Positions 1 through 13,110 of a DNA stretch of 64,000 bases are shown here, piece by piece. The translations under genes and the position numbers were made by a program. Position 1 is the first letter of the stretch. Each line of letters starts with the position of its first letter. The stretch is taken from NCBI GenBank assembly GCA_965644295.1, contig CBFFRP010000410.1, positions 62,001 to 126,000 on the forward strand, read 5' to 3'. The notes under the pieces were generated by a model, which did no database searches, was not told the DNA's origin, and worked only from the letters and a program-made list of their open reading frames with translations. This stretch comes from Paraphysomonas bandaiensis. Its lineage: Eukaryota > Protista > Chrysophyceae.

Positions 1-828
1 TAACAACATATCATTAAATGCGACTACATCCAGTGGCCTGATATGATGCTTTACTGCAGACATTATATCAGTTATCGAAGCATCATTACAACTCAAAGTA
101 GTTGGATACACATGAGGAAATAACCCCATTAAAGTATGCTTCACAGTCTCTTTGGCTCGACCCTTGATCAATATGAATACTGAAGGAATTGGTTGATCAT
201 AATTGCACTTTCCAAACTCAGCTATATCCTCAAGAAACTGCATAAACTTATCCAAATCGATCTCCGGAAGCGAAATCGTTCTCTTATATGACTTGTCCTC
301 GGTTGTCAACATAATCTTCTTGACTTGCCTCTTCTCTGATTCAGCAACCGCTTCCTGTACCGTTTGTAGCGTTTGCCTCTTATCCTGACGGGGTTGCACT
401 ATATACTGCTCTCCTCCAAAATACTCTGAGTAGCATTTCGAACTCCCTGTCGAATAGCTGTCTCAATTTGTGACTGCAATAGCGCTGGATCAATGTACTG
501 CTCTGTATGATGATGAGGAATATAGGTCCTACAGTAACTTCAATGCCTCTAGAAGTAGTTGACGCATCTTCATTATGAATTATATTCGATATGTCCTCCT
601 CACGAGGTACCACTTCATATAGACCTACAACTGAAGCTGCTGGTGAAGTCCTCCGAGATCTTATCTCTTCAACTGTTGTTAGACGTTGATTATTAACTTC
701 CACTCAAAACTCATTGAAATTCTCCTCCTGCCTTAGTTGTTGCTGATTAAGCTGATGCATGTCCTCCCGAAGCTGCTGGAATTGCTGACTGAACATGTTG
801 GCCATATCCTGATACACATGGTTCCATG
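1..828 (-). pseudogene. Decayed Gag-like ORF of a retrotransposon (runs off the left edge)
   Basis: Minus strand reads MANMFSQQFQQLREDMHQLNQQQLRQEENFNEF*VEVNNQRLTTVEE..., and later ...IDLDKFMQFLEDIAEF...IKGRAKETV. It has an N-terminal coiled coil with stops and frameshifts and lies beside a Gypsy pol relic. No diagnostic motif was seen. Confidence 0.35.
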
Positions 829-1203
829 GCTCAATCACACGAAAAACTAAACTCACTTATCTCTTGGGCTCAATATATGTTAACTTGGTACAATTTACTG
901 CTAAGCTAAGTAATATTACTGTATCTTTTCTGTGCCCGCAGGTGACTCACCAACCGTGACTCAACTCTGTGTGGACCAAGAAAAGATGATCTCTTGTCTA
1001 GACTCTACAACCACCAAAAAGTATCCGCCAGCGGGCTGCGATACTGTCCAGGCGCAACGACGGGCGCACTGCCAGAAACACTAACAAACCGTATGTGCTC
1101 TTTAAGAAAAGTAAATTATAAAGTCAGTGACAAGAAGTGGTAACAGCAGTTGTGAACTTGAATCAATTTTCATGCGAGGAGTTTAAAGCTGCTGCTCATC
1201 GTT

Positions 1204-1587
1204 GTGGTGTCACTACAAATGCAACTAGAGGAATCACGGGCGATGTGTCTAGCTATGCAGGAGGAGATAAAGAGAATGAAATCTGCGGCGCTATCTGCAC
1301 CGAATCCGCCTACACCTGCACCGAATCCGCCTGCACCTGCACCGAATCCGCCTGTATCTCTTCCACCAGCTGAAATTCTACGTGAACTTCCAGTCGTCGC
1401 TTCTCCTCCTCTAGTCGCGACGCCGACACCCCTGCAGCAGATTCCGTGTGTGGACAGACACAATGTGTTCGATGAGTACATGCAACAACAAATTATGCAG
1501 GATCGAACAGCTCGTGAAATACACTCTCATGAGCAAACCCTGAGGCTTCAAATTTACGAGAATCTTCTAATGCGGAGAGGTAGATAG
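1204..1587 (+). CDS. Hypothetical coiled-coil/proline-rich ORF (possibly TE-derived or an exon)
   Basis: 127-aa ORF containing APNPPTP/APNPPAP/APNPP repeats; no recognisable domain. Confidence 0.3.
   Translation: MVSLQMQLEESRAMCLAMQEEIKRMKSAALSAPNPPTPAPNPPAPAPNPPVSLPPAEILRELPVVASPPLVATPTPLQQIPCVDRHNVFDEYMQQQIMQDRTAREIHSHEQTLRLQIYENLLMRRGR
1295..1355 (+). repeat. 21-bp tandem repeat, about 3 copies
   Basis: ctgcaccgaatccgcct(a/g)cac repeated in frame with the Pro-rich ORF. Confidence 0.85.
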
Positions 1588-1749
1588 TAGTTTGTACTGC
1601 TCTTTTTATCTACTTCTCTGTAGAAATTTAACACTTATAGCAGTTAAGTTAATAATAATTGCGTTGACAACACACACTTGTAATTGTTTAAACATAACAA
1701 CGTTACTTTTACTATCTACTATCCACCAACAAAACCTGGTAAAATCACT

Positions 1750-3200
1750 TTACCAGGTTTGGGCATCACATCGACTTATTATAAATAGTTATGGTGAAGA
1801 GATTGATGTCGATATTGTTTTGTTTGATTCAGGTGCAAGTTCGAATAATTTTATATCGGATAAGTTTTACAAGAGATATGAACGTGTTTTGAAGAAGGAT
1901 GTCATATATAATAAATTTATAGTGAGAGTAGCAAATGGACAGGAGGTAGTCATACCGGGATATGTGCCAGTGAAAATTGTATTCAAAGATCATGATAAGG
2001 AGTACGAAGCATGGGTTAAACTGTATATTTTGAAAGGAATGACAAAGGATATCATAATCGGATTGCCTACAATATGTGAACATTTCAGTGAATTATTTAT
2101 CAAAATGATTAAACCAGCGAGTAATGATTCAAATGATCTGTTGTCTCAGTTAGCAGTTTTGTCAGTGATGATGTTGAGGAACTGAAGAATTATATTGTGT
2201 CCGGTTTAGTTGTACAACCATGGGAGAATCCAGTTAATCAGTGTGCTGAGAATGATGACCTAATACCAGAACCTTGTAGTTTTGGAGGAATTTTGAATTT
2301 TCTGGAAGTGTCAGTTGAGAAAGCAAGAGAGTTGTACTTGGAAGAAGTGGAGTCTAGAGTTAATCCGCAATTTGCTAGTGCAACAGATGTGGTTCAATTC
2401 CTAAAGGAGGAGGCAATTGATGTGTTTGTGCCCTGTGATTGGAAAGGTATTCAACATGTTAAACCATTGAGATTACAGACCAAGGATAGTATTCCCGATC
2501 GTATTAAGCCCAGGAATATGAGGAGGATTCCACCTGCATTGTATCAGAAAACTAAGGAAGAGTTTCAGAGAATAAATAAATATTTCTACCGGCCAAGCAC
2601 TAGTCCTTATGCGTCGCCTATCGTTGTAGCACCAAAGGCAACGAATCCTTTCATCAGAATTTGTGGGGACAATAAGGAGATTCTTTCACCGCATTATCCG
2701 ATCCCAGATGTGATTACCGAGTTACATAAAGCGGTAGGATATAAAATCTTTGTTGATCTTGATATATGCAATGCGTTCCATGGTATATAAGGTTACATGA
2801 TGAAACATCAGCGTTGTTATCAGTTCAGACCCCAATGTTTCTTCCAGAAGGTGTCTCTCCGGCTAGTGGTGTTTATGATGTCTTTGCTGAAGCTAGTGGA
2901 TGGTTGTAATTTTTGACAATCTATTGTTACTTGCATATGATTATGAGGATGCATTTCAGAAATTGAAGTTGGTCATTGAGAAGTGCAAATATTATAACAT
3001 ACATTGTGTTAAAGTTGTCAAAAAGTAAGTTTGGATTTTCTTCAGTTGAGTTCTTCGGATATCTTTGTAAGGATAATACATATTATTGTCTAACGGATCA
3101 GCGTAAAAATGCAGTGACGTCAATTCCGTTTCCAGAAGGTAAGAATAGGACTAGAGAAATGCAGCGGTTTCTAGGAGCGGCGATTTACTTCATTACTTGT
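1750..3200 (+). mobile_element. Degenerate Ty3/Gypsy pol (aspartic protease + reverse transcriptase)
   Basis: Protease motif VLFDSGASSNNFIS...IIIGLP; RT motifs SPYASPIVVAPK, RICGD, FVDLDICNAFHGI, KSKFGFSSVEFFGY and MQRFLG. Broken across three ORFs by stops and frameshifts. No LTRs, RNase H or integrase were found. Confidence 0.9.
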
Positions 3201-4116
3201 ACATTTATACCTCTGTACAGTGGAAATATCTTCAAATATCTAGTTGACTGCTAGTTATATATGTATCTTTAAAAGATTTCACATCTGTTTTACCTATGGG
3301 ACTAGTCATCATAGCATTATCAGATTATTGTGATCACTGTTGTTTTATCTCACTGCATTCTACATTGAGTGGGAGTATTAGAATATGGATCTTATTCTAG
3401 TATATTCAGTATGTCACTTGAAGACAATGTACGAGTATACAGTGAAATATAGTGATGTACAAATGCTGTGATGATATTGAGAAACTGAAATAATTTTGAT
3501 CTTTCAAGATATGTTCAGTAACGAGAGGTTCGCATATGTAGGATATTATGCAGGGATTATAATGAGTTAGTGTTGGTTATCACAACTTCGTGTAAACGAT
3601 ATTAATAAATCTATCTAGTCTTACGACAAATTCTCTCTGTGATCTAGCTTAAAATGAGGAATTATCAATAGTGGTTTATTACATATTGGCATAATATTGC
3701 ATAAGCGACCGTCGTAGCTTGCCCAAAGATACTACTCACTTGTTGGTCACTTTATTACTACTAAGTAGTAAGTAGAATACAGTGATTACATGTGTGGGTA
3801 TTATTTATTATTGATAGCAGATGTGGCGAGTCTTCTTAACCCTTCTTGACGGAAAACATTTACTGCAATAACTTCTTCAAAAAGCTTGCTATATCCAACA
3901 TTTTTCACCGAATGATTTCGTTTTTATAAAACATATTATTATTTGCATAGTGAGTCATTATTTCACAAAAGTGGGTTTAAACTCATAAAACCACAGTATA
4001 TCATAGTACAGCGCACTGCCAGTGGAGGTTTTGCAACAAGGGGCACCGACAGCAGCAATGGTGCATGGCAGAATATAACTGCAGCATACTTTTACACCCT
4101 GTATCTAGACTATACA

Positions 4117-5525
4117 TTAAAGCAAGAAGGGCGTTTGTTTAGGAGATTGTCTGTAGATTTTCCTATCAGCAATGCAGACTATCTTCTTGGACAACTCAGG
4201 GCAAGTTCTCTTCAGCATCTCCTCAAGAGCAGCAGGGCGTGGAATCGGTCCACCGAAGAGCTGCAGCAATGACACAAAGTCAAATAAATAGAGGTCAGAA
4301 AATAGGGTGTACCTCTCGGGGCAAGTTCTTTGCCGCCAGGGCAGTGTGCACCTCTAGACCCTTCACTCCGATAGTACGGATGTCCACTTCTTCCATTTCG
4401 CCATTGACGTGCTCACTCAGGTCACGGATGAATGTCATGGCGCTCACCTTTCGTGATAAATATGAATTAGAATAAAAGATCACAACACTTCGCATAAACA
4501 TAGCATAGCTATTTCAACATAAAGGAGCAGCATTACTATACAGATAAACGTACCGTTTCACCAGGACATAAGTTATTAGGGTAGATACAGTCGACAAGTT
4601 CCTCAAACAGCACCTCATGAAGGTCTCTCGAAGCCAGAGAGCACGTAAGGGCAAATATCATTCCACCAGGAACCATAATCTCTTCATGTCGATACTTGCG
4701 GGTGTTAAAGTGTCTCTCGTGTGTTAATCGAGCAAGAGTAGCTAATTGCATGATATGTGTCTCAGAGAGGGGTCGAACAAGGGTGTGAAAAATAAGCTGT
4801 CCTGGGCGGAGATGGGAAAGAGTATGTGATCCCAACTCGGAGAGCTTTTCGCTACTGCTGATAAGGTGGTTGAGGTAGGTGTTTCCTTTGGCCTCCTCAG
4901 TCATGGGCACAACAACTTCAGACGAGGGCACATGGAATGGGAACATCATATGCTTCTCGCAGGTAAAAAGGTTGACATCGCGCTGGTTACGGATCTCACA
5001 GGCAATATGTGCAACAGTATTATTACCATCAGATGTAGACCTCAAACTCCGAATGACGAAGCGCTTGCGAAAGGTGTCCCCAGCGAATGCCGGCCAGTGG
5101 TAAACGCCATATCCGAACCCAATCTGAAGCTTGGCATGATCAGCATGACTCATAGATCCAGCTAGAAACAACATCAGAGAAAACGGAAGCACTTGATCCT
5201 GTAGACCGAGATGTCTAGCGAAAGGGGTGGATGTGTTCACTCGGTCATGAGAGTAGAACGCAGACTGCCACATATCGCGGATGCTCTGGTTCACAGTGAG
5301 CTCATAAGGAAGGTCGATCACATCACCGGGACGACACTTCGATAAATCGACAGTATGGTCCAATATTTCTCCGGATATATCGCCTTCTAAGTTGTTGTTT
5401 TGCACCTTATAAAACTGATCGAAATGTTTTTCATCAGCTCTGTGTGAAAACTGAGATGAGAAGGACCGAATGCATGCATTCGGATAGGTGCGGAGTTGTG
5501 TAGAGCGTCGTAACAAAGGTAACAT
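4117..5525 (-). CDS. Mesaconyl-CoA hydratase-like (double MaoC/hot-dog fold) protein with a predicted mitochondrial presequence; 3 exons
   Basis: Two MaoC-type halves (FARHLGL...PAFAGDTF...IRNQR and HERHFN...VPGG...PGETV) collinear with bacterial Mch. Arg/Ser-rich, acid-free N-terminus MLPLLRRSTQLRTYPNACIRSFSS. Introns at about 4449-4553 and 4262-4313. The last exon ends ...QTPFLL* at 4117. Confidence 0.75.
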
Positions 5526-6130
5526 ATTGGTAATCCTAATTCAAGAGGTATATGACGAGGGAATGCAATGTGGTATTGTGTAATGGCACTTAACGCACAA
5601 TGTTGCGGTTACCGTGCAGTGCATATATATGTACGTAGACAAGTAGGTCATGATGTATGTGCATGTACACAGTACGGTGTACGATGCAGTACGTACCATA
5701 TGGTATATATACAGCAGTATGTATGGTAGGAATTCTTATATACGTGGTAGAATACAATATATATACAATACAATACAAGAGGGTTTCAAAATTTTGAATT
5801 TCAGTGCGGGGAGTCTGTTTTTCCCAACAAGAATGAAGTTGTAAAGTACAGACAAGAAGACGAAGTGTGAAGTGTACATTCCAGTGCAGTGGATTACAGT
5901 CAGTGAGTATAGTAGGTGGATATGTATGTATATATCTAGATGAAGTCGAAGTCTCTATGGAACATCCAGAAGTCCAGTTGATAGTATAAGCATCGAGTAC
6001 ACTATCGCATATACATACATCATAGACATACATCGTCGAGCAGTATCATATATAACTATAACCCAGAAGATAATACCAAGTCACCCTCCTATGAATTGAA
6101 CACACCTCTCATACTCCAACCCCCCTCCCC

Positions 6131-9100
6131 ATGATCTCCCCTGACACCATCATATCCCGCTTCCTCATCCAGGACGAGGATGGGCATCAACTCGATGAAC
6201 TTAACCAGGACGATCTGCTGATGATGATGTCCGATGACCCCAACAATATTATTACTTATCCACTCGCTCTACTTCATGCGTCTCATCACCAGTCTCCTCA
6301 GGCAGCCATAAGACGTGTGCAAGTCTTCAAACAATCAATGAGTGTGTTAAAATCAGTCCAACGTGGAGATAAAGAGACACGTGATCTTTGCGATGAATTG
6401 TTCTCTATTATACGACTTATTAACCAATCAGAGGCTCAGGAGTGTGCGGAAGCTGTTCTCAAGGACTTCCTTCCGACTCCGGACACAGTGACGGGGTACT
6501 GCTACTGCTTGGAGCTCTTGCCGCAGCTGGTTGCACGAGCAGGGCCCGTATGCAGAGGTCAAGTATTCAGCAAGCTGTGCGAGATGTCCTGGGCCCCCTG
6601 TGTTATTGTTACAATGGCTTCTGCTCTTGTGGAACTCACTCAAACAGAGCAGGAGTGTCGTCAGGCTATCAGCAAGTTATCAGCTTATATCCAGTGGTCA
6701 GATATAGACTCTAGTAGTGTTGTAAATGGTGGTAGCTTAGACCCAGAGGATCTTCCTGCCTTAGTATACCAGCTAACTGCTCTGTCTCGGCGTGGAGGGG
6801 GGGCTGAATCTGCTACCGGAACGGGAAGTGGTTCAGCTGTTGTGCGTGGGATGGTGGTAGATGCTGTAGGGAGGGCATTAGACTCTTTAGTGGAGGCTAT
6901 TGACAACGCACGCCAGCTCGTATTGTCGGGAGAGGCTGGAGACCAAAGACGGAGGGGACTCTCCCGAGTGGAGCCTGTTCTCTCAACCATCATTCATCAC
7001 TTGTCGCTATTGGTATCAAAGGATCAGGTATATATTATTTATATGGAAACTATTGATTGTGCTCATGTTACCTCCTGCTGATTTCATATTCCAGGGGGTA
7101 TCATCTGAGATAGTTCGGTGTGTGCGAGCTCGGTCTCTTGTGAAGTACCGCTCTGTGGCTAATACCTCCTGCTCCCTGCTGACTGCCAGCAGACCGGAGG
7201 AGCGGCAGTTGCTGGATGAATTGTACAGTGCCTCTGACACCTGCAGTGGGCGCGTCCTCTCGCCGTCACGTATACTACTGGCATTATTGGCAGCCCGTGC
7301 GCCCAGATCGGAGAGTGCTGTGCTCGGTGGGATGACAGAGACAATTGCAGAGATACATGGGGCACTTCTGCGGGCAGGAAGCAGTGGCATCAATAATTTA
7401 TGGTTCCAAGGGGATGTATGGAGGGATGCTGCGCAGATTCACCCCCAACACTTACGTGACGCGTTTATGAGAATTCTGCGTGGGCCTCTCATGGTAGAAG
7501 CACTTGTTACTCCGCTCGTCAGACTGGCCTTTTCTCTCCTTTCTCATAAGACTCCCGGCCAAGCCAGGCGCTTTCCGTTACAGGGAGCGTCATGGGGGTC
7601 TCTTACCGCGTCCACCCCGTATTTTTCGGACCTTCCACTTCCCCAACTTTCAAGGCAACTCGACTATACAGGGAACACTTGTGCCTCTTTCGGTGCTTGG
7701 TTAGTGTATAGTCTCTTTATTTATAGCCGGCATACACGTTCACAAATCATGAAGGAGGTAGTGTTGCGACTCCAACTCTCTGGGTCACTTTCGGTTGGGG
7801 ACGGGGGAGGAGAGTACCACCAACATCAATCGGAAGGAGAGGTTCTTGTTGTCCTTGTCCTGAAGGGTTTAATAGAGAAATGTCTTGAAGGCATGATGGA
7901 GGTGTCGAGTGATTTGCAGGAAATCTTTTTGTCTCTTCCATCTTTGCATCCAGTTACTGCTGGTGAGATTGTAAGAGTTCTTCTCCCGCTCTTCGTATGT
8001 TCTCCAGGATTGGCAGATCGGTGTGCACTTTCCCTGCGTAAAGCTAGCTTCTCCAAGGATGTTGCTGGCAGACAGGCTGCAGTATGCGCTCTGACCGCAC
8101 TTCTCCGTGCTCAACTGGGTGCAACAGATGGCCGCCTTGCGTTTAACCCTCGTTCTCACTCCTCGCAGGATGATGAGATCACCATCAGAAGAGCACATAG
8201 GGGAGCTATAAATCACCAGGAGTATTTGTCTCAGAGAGTGTCAGGTCTGTCGGTTGATGAGGTACTCTCGCTCTGCCGACGCTTTATGCAGCATCAGGCT
8301 CCTGTAAGAGCCCTTCTCTATGATCGCATGGCCCGCCTACAAAACGACTTCTACAAATTTCGCGTTTTGCTTTTACGAACTGTCCGCCATCATCTCGGAA
8401 ATATTTTGACGGATGGCGATTCTCTCAGTGTGTCGGCAGATGCAGTTACAGGAGATGTAGATGTCTTGGGCGAAGGGCCTAAGGGATCTCTAGTTCTCAA
8501 CTTAAGGCGGTGTGTGGACTCCGCTGGTAACATAACAGAGGCCGTGAGTGACCTCATGCTATTTGCTTCTGGTATGGCCTGCATGTCTATTGCTATGGTC
8601 TCCAAGGAAACCTCAAACGGAGACCAATATGGGTTCTCACAGCAGTCTTATAGTCAGGAAAGCTACAGTCAATCACAGTCCAATAACACCACCCCTCATC
8701 ACCATTCACCAGATGCAGTTGATATATGTCGTTCACTCTGGCGACTTGCGCGTGGTCTAGCATATGCTGATCTGAGTGACCATGGTATGCCATTGCAAGT
8801 ATCAAGTAGCGCAGAGTACAAACGCTTAGTGGTGCTTGTGGAGGCCACACAGACCGCTATGATCTATGTGATGACGCTCCCGGAAGTGTTTGGTGGTGTT
8901 ACGTTATCACTTTCACACCGACTGAAGCTGCTGGAGAGCCTGTCTGACCGCCTGCAATTGATGTCTGCCGCTGCCCTAGCGTACCGCAAGTCTTGCCGTG
9001 ACTTAGAGAGGGAGAAGGCTAAAGAGTCTAGGCGCCGTGGAGCTACTCAGGATACTAGCTCTGAGCCCACTACTCATATCTCCCGCCTTCCGTTGCCTCG

Positions 9101-11381
9101 ACTACCAGGGGAAATGCAAGGTGTGGGTCGAGAGGTGGTTGGAGTGGAGGGGTGTAGTACCTTGGCGATGGAGCAGGAACTTGATTTCCTTCGGAGGTGC
9201 TTGTGTGAACTGAGCCCTGGAGAAGATGACGATGAGGAATGCGAGGAGGAAGAAGAAAACGCAAGGAGAAGTCTACAACACTGTCCTGGAGTGCAGTTTT
9301 TGACTAGGCATGTGCGGGAGAGATCCTTGCGGGTCGTTGAGAGTGTTTTGCAGTACATAGATGATGTTGCTCAGCGATATGCTTCTCCCTCTGTGACTGA
9401 TGAGGAGGGTGAGACTAAGGTGTTAGAGGATGGATTCTTTGATGGTATTTCGCGACTGCGTACCGGCATTCACTCTTTATATAGTGCTCTTTTACGGGAT
9501 ATGGTTCGACAGCGTACAGACGAGCTGGACCGTGTGGAGTCTTACAATACCCCTGCCGCTCCATCGCTTCTCTTTACGTCGGCATCTGTTGGAGCGCATT
9601 TGTATGACAAACAAGCTGTACTGAGAGGTATGCTCGGTTGTGTTCGCGCTGAATCTCTCTGTGGGGCTCTTCTGTCTACTACTTCATCCTCAGCTTCTCT
9701 GGAGAGGGCAGATGGCATGGCTAGTATGTTACGTGAGGGATTTAGTCGGGCGAATTTAAGGCGATTTCGGGAAGTGCAGGGGTCATCCCTTTCTGCGTCT
9801 GCCACTGGGTCGATGACACCTGCTGTTGACCTTGACTCGTATGCCAAAAAGTTTGTGAGCCTCTTCTTGAATATGCATGGGGCAGGTGGAAGGGATGGAG
9901 AGAGGAATGAGGCGCCACTAGTCGTTGCGATTATTGGTGAGATTGTTGATATTATGCCCGCCAATATGAAGGATAGCATGGGAGAATATATATACAAGCA
10001 GTGCCAAGAGAAGTTAGTGAAGTAAGTGTTGATGCTTTTTGATTTCTTCCAGGTATTATTTTATTGATACGCTTTGACAGTCCTTCGAACCAGCTATCTC
10101 AGGCATTGGTTCATTTGCTTGTCACTCGAGTGGCTCGTGACCCGACGAGCCGACTGTCTGCTCTTCAGAATATAGCTGGCATGGTTGAGAAGTGCTGTGC
10201 TGCACGGGGCGGATGGGACGAGGAAGATTTAGGTGATGGTGGGGGAGAGAGGGGAGGACATCTGGGAAATGAAACTTTCACAATTGTGTGTTTCGAAACT
10301 GTCGCCTCCACAGCAACAGCAATTGTAAGTCTTCTGGATCGGCTGGCTGGGGAAGCGGATGCTCTTTTGAAAGTAGTACTCAAGTCAAAGGGTGGGACAG
10401 GAATGAAAGAACCACTTTTGAGTGACGAAGAATTTGAATCCTCTGGAGGACTGAGAGATGGTTCTGCGATAAAAATCGATTCAGCTGTATGCGGTGCTGT
10501 ACAAGGGTGCATGGAAGCAGTCGTGAAGGTGAGATTTTAGTACCGTTGCCTTCTCTTGTCAAATAATGTATATTTTGTCAGTTGTTGGGGTACAACGACT
10601 CAGCCCAGGTCAGCATTAGCGTAATATCACTCTTCTTAAAGCTGTACAAGATCCAAGTGAAACTTACAAGGGATATTGCCAGTGGACTATCAAAGCGTAG
10701 AGTTTCAGCATCTATGGCTCTTAGTAGAGGTTTCCAAGAAATGTGTCAGCTCACGGCAGAGGAGGTGACGCCCAGCGTGCAGGGATATTTGACGCGAGTG
10801 CACAATAGTCTAGATAGTAGCGAGGGTGTTAATGGAGCAGGGGGTGGGGGGGCGAAGAAGGGTGTCCGCAACAAGCTTTCGAAGCTTATCCCTGAATTGA
10901 TATTCCAGGTACGTATCAGTGGTTAGTGATGCGCAGTTAATATGTGTCCTCTACAGATGGAACAGGTAGACTTGTATCTCATCAAACTTCTCTCACACCT
11001 CAAAGACAAGGATCGAATTGTTGTTGGAAAGTGAGTTCGATTTGAGTGCTGTTATGTCGTCTAAACGTGTACAGATGGATTAAGCGGTCAACCGCGCGAG
11101 ATTTTAGATTAAAAACTGATTTAATTGAGTCAGAACAAGATAGAGCACGAGAGTTAGCGGAAGATCGGGCTCATCGCAAGAGAGACCGCGAAAACAAAAT
11201 GAGCAGTCAGAGTGGCAAGAAAAAGAAGAAGCAACAGCCGACATCAGACGAGGAAGATGGGGGAGAGGAGGATCAGTACGAATATTACGGCGATGTTGCT
11301 GAGGTTGAAGCCGAAGAAAATGGGGAGAGATATTATGGTGGCGATGATGGAGATGAAAACGATAGTAATATGGTATATTAG
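6131..11381 (+). CDS. FANCI: Fanconi anemia group I protein homolog (multi-exon)
   Basis: LELLPQL, DLPALVYQL, LRKASFSKDVAGRQAAV, QAPVRALLY, KLIPELIFQ and IKRSTARDFRLK match conserved FANCI blocks. C-terminal NLS-like KKKKK and an acidic tail. ORF-track pieces join via short GT-AG introns. Confidence 0.88.
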
Positions 11382-11580
11382 GCTATGAATTGTCGAAGCC
11401 GGGTGAAGTATTGCTGAATCCTGTGGGTGTGGGATATAAGTACTGTAGTCTACATCTAGGTGCAGTGATTTGACAGTTTTTGTTAGTGAAATAGTAAATA
11501 TTATAATATATTTGGAAGAGTAGCAACAGTTTATATAATTTATTTCCATATTATTTCATTATATAAACCAGCCAGTGTTG

Positions 11581-12687
11581 CTACGATGCTGTGTGACTAT
11601 CAAAAAAATCTAGAGATTGTGCCATGTAATCTGCAGTGATTTCGTGTTGGGCATAAGCTACATTCATTTCTTCTGATATTGGAGACAAGTCACTTTGAAG
11701 TGTATCACCATTTAAGCCAGACATGCCCATCAAAGCAATTCTCCACATAGAGACTCTTGGATCTTGGTGGAGATACCCGTGATCGTCTATGAGACCATTT
11801 CGGGAAAGTCTAGTATATATATCTCGCGAAACGTCCTCGGCGAGCTCAGATATGCGATTGGAGAAGAAAGAGGGAGTCAGTGGTAGGGGAGGAACTTCAA
11901 TGACGGATGCATACGTCCCAGTTGCCGATAGCTCATTCACAGTCCTCCTAACTGCCATTGTGGTTCTGTGATCACGAGTCATCACTATCCACTGAGAACT
12001 ACCATATCAAAATATTAGTTCACAAAACAATCACAATGTTCGAGCTTACGGGGGATATTGGCCCTTACGATCCCTCAGCAGCACTGCAGGTGGTACGAAC
12101 ATCACTTGCACCACTAATGCACGTATGTCAGGTATATGTAGAGGCATATGTGCCACAAAACGTCCTCCACTAGACACTCCAAGTGCAAAAAAAGGTACAT
12201 TCTCAAGCTGTAACTCTTTCCGCATACGTATGCGGCTTATTAGTGTGCTCACTCTTGCCATATCTGACTTTAAGTCCCAACATTTGCTCTGTCTATCAAC
12301 ACTAGAAGCAGCAAGCACAAAATATCCTCGTTGTAAAGCATACTCAACAATTCTCTTCTCTTCTGGTAGTCCAATACATATAGGACACGTATCTGATCTA
12401 TCCCTTTACATGTATTAATGATATCATATATATGAACCGTTACGTTACCAGTAATCTAATGCACTATGACTGCATCCATGGGCTAAGAAGATAATTCCAC
12501 GAACTTTCTTTAGTGGAGCTTCCCATATCCATTCAATAGGGTCCTTCTCCCCTATATTCGCATACTCTAACTTTCCACTTCGAAGTATAGGATGAGTATT
12601 ATACCCTGTAGTATCAATATACAGTGGATACTGTTGTGAAATTACATAAGACCAATAGGTTAGATGAATGAGTTGGGTTAAGGTCAT
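11581..12687 (-). CDS. Alpha/beta-hydrolase-fold protein (3 exons)
   Basis: GIIFLAHGCSHS oxyanion region, nucleophile elbow GVSSGG, C-terminal His (AQHEIT). Confidence 0.7.
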
Positions 12688-13110
12688 TGGTTTGAAGAGA
12701 GAGACATTGGGAGGTGATCCTCTGATTGTGTTGTGGGAGGTTGAAATCTACTTCCACTGGAGAATAGAATTAGCTGCTTGTAGTTGTAGATATATGTATA
12801 CACCAGCATACACTTTAGCCACAGTGGACTCGCGATATAACGCGATACTGGTTTTTAGCAGAGAAGTGGCAGTATTTATATAAAAACCCATGTTTTTAGA
12901 ATAAAAGCTTCAGTGTCGGCCAGTAGGAATACAGGGACTATACAGTCCAGTCATACAGTGCTTTGTATGTGTGTATCTTAAGGACTCATAGTTACGTAAA
13001 GCTTCATAGTCTACGCACAGCAATGGGCTCTATGCATATAGATTGCACAGCCAGACGAGTAATACCTAGATAAGCATTCATCTCAATTGTTCTCTTATAC
13101 CGTAGCCTGT

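Noticed and set aside
3943-4475. Plus-strand ORFs of 109 and 78 aa
   Set aside because: Antisense shadows of the last exons of the Mch-like gene.
6428-10562. Many overlapping ORFs within FANCI (likewise inside the KNL1, ATPase and carboxypeptidase genes)
   Set aside because: Alternate-frame or antisense by-products with no motifs.
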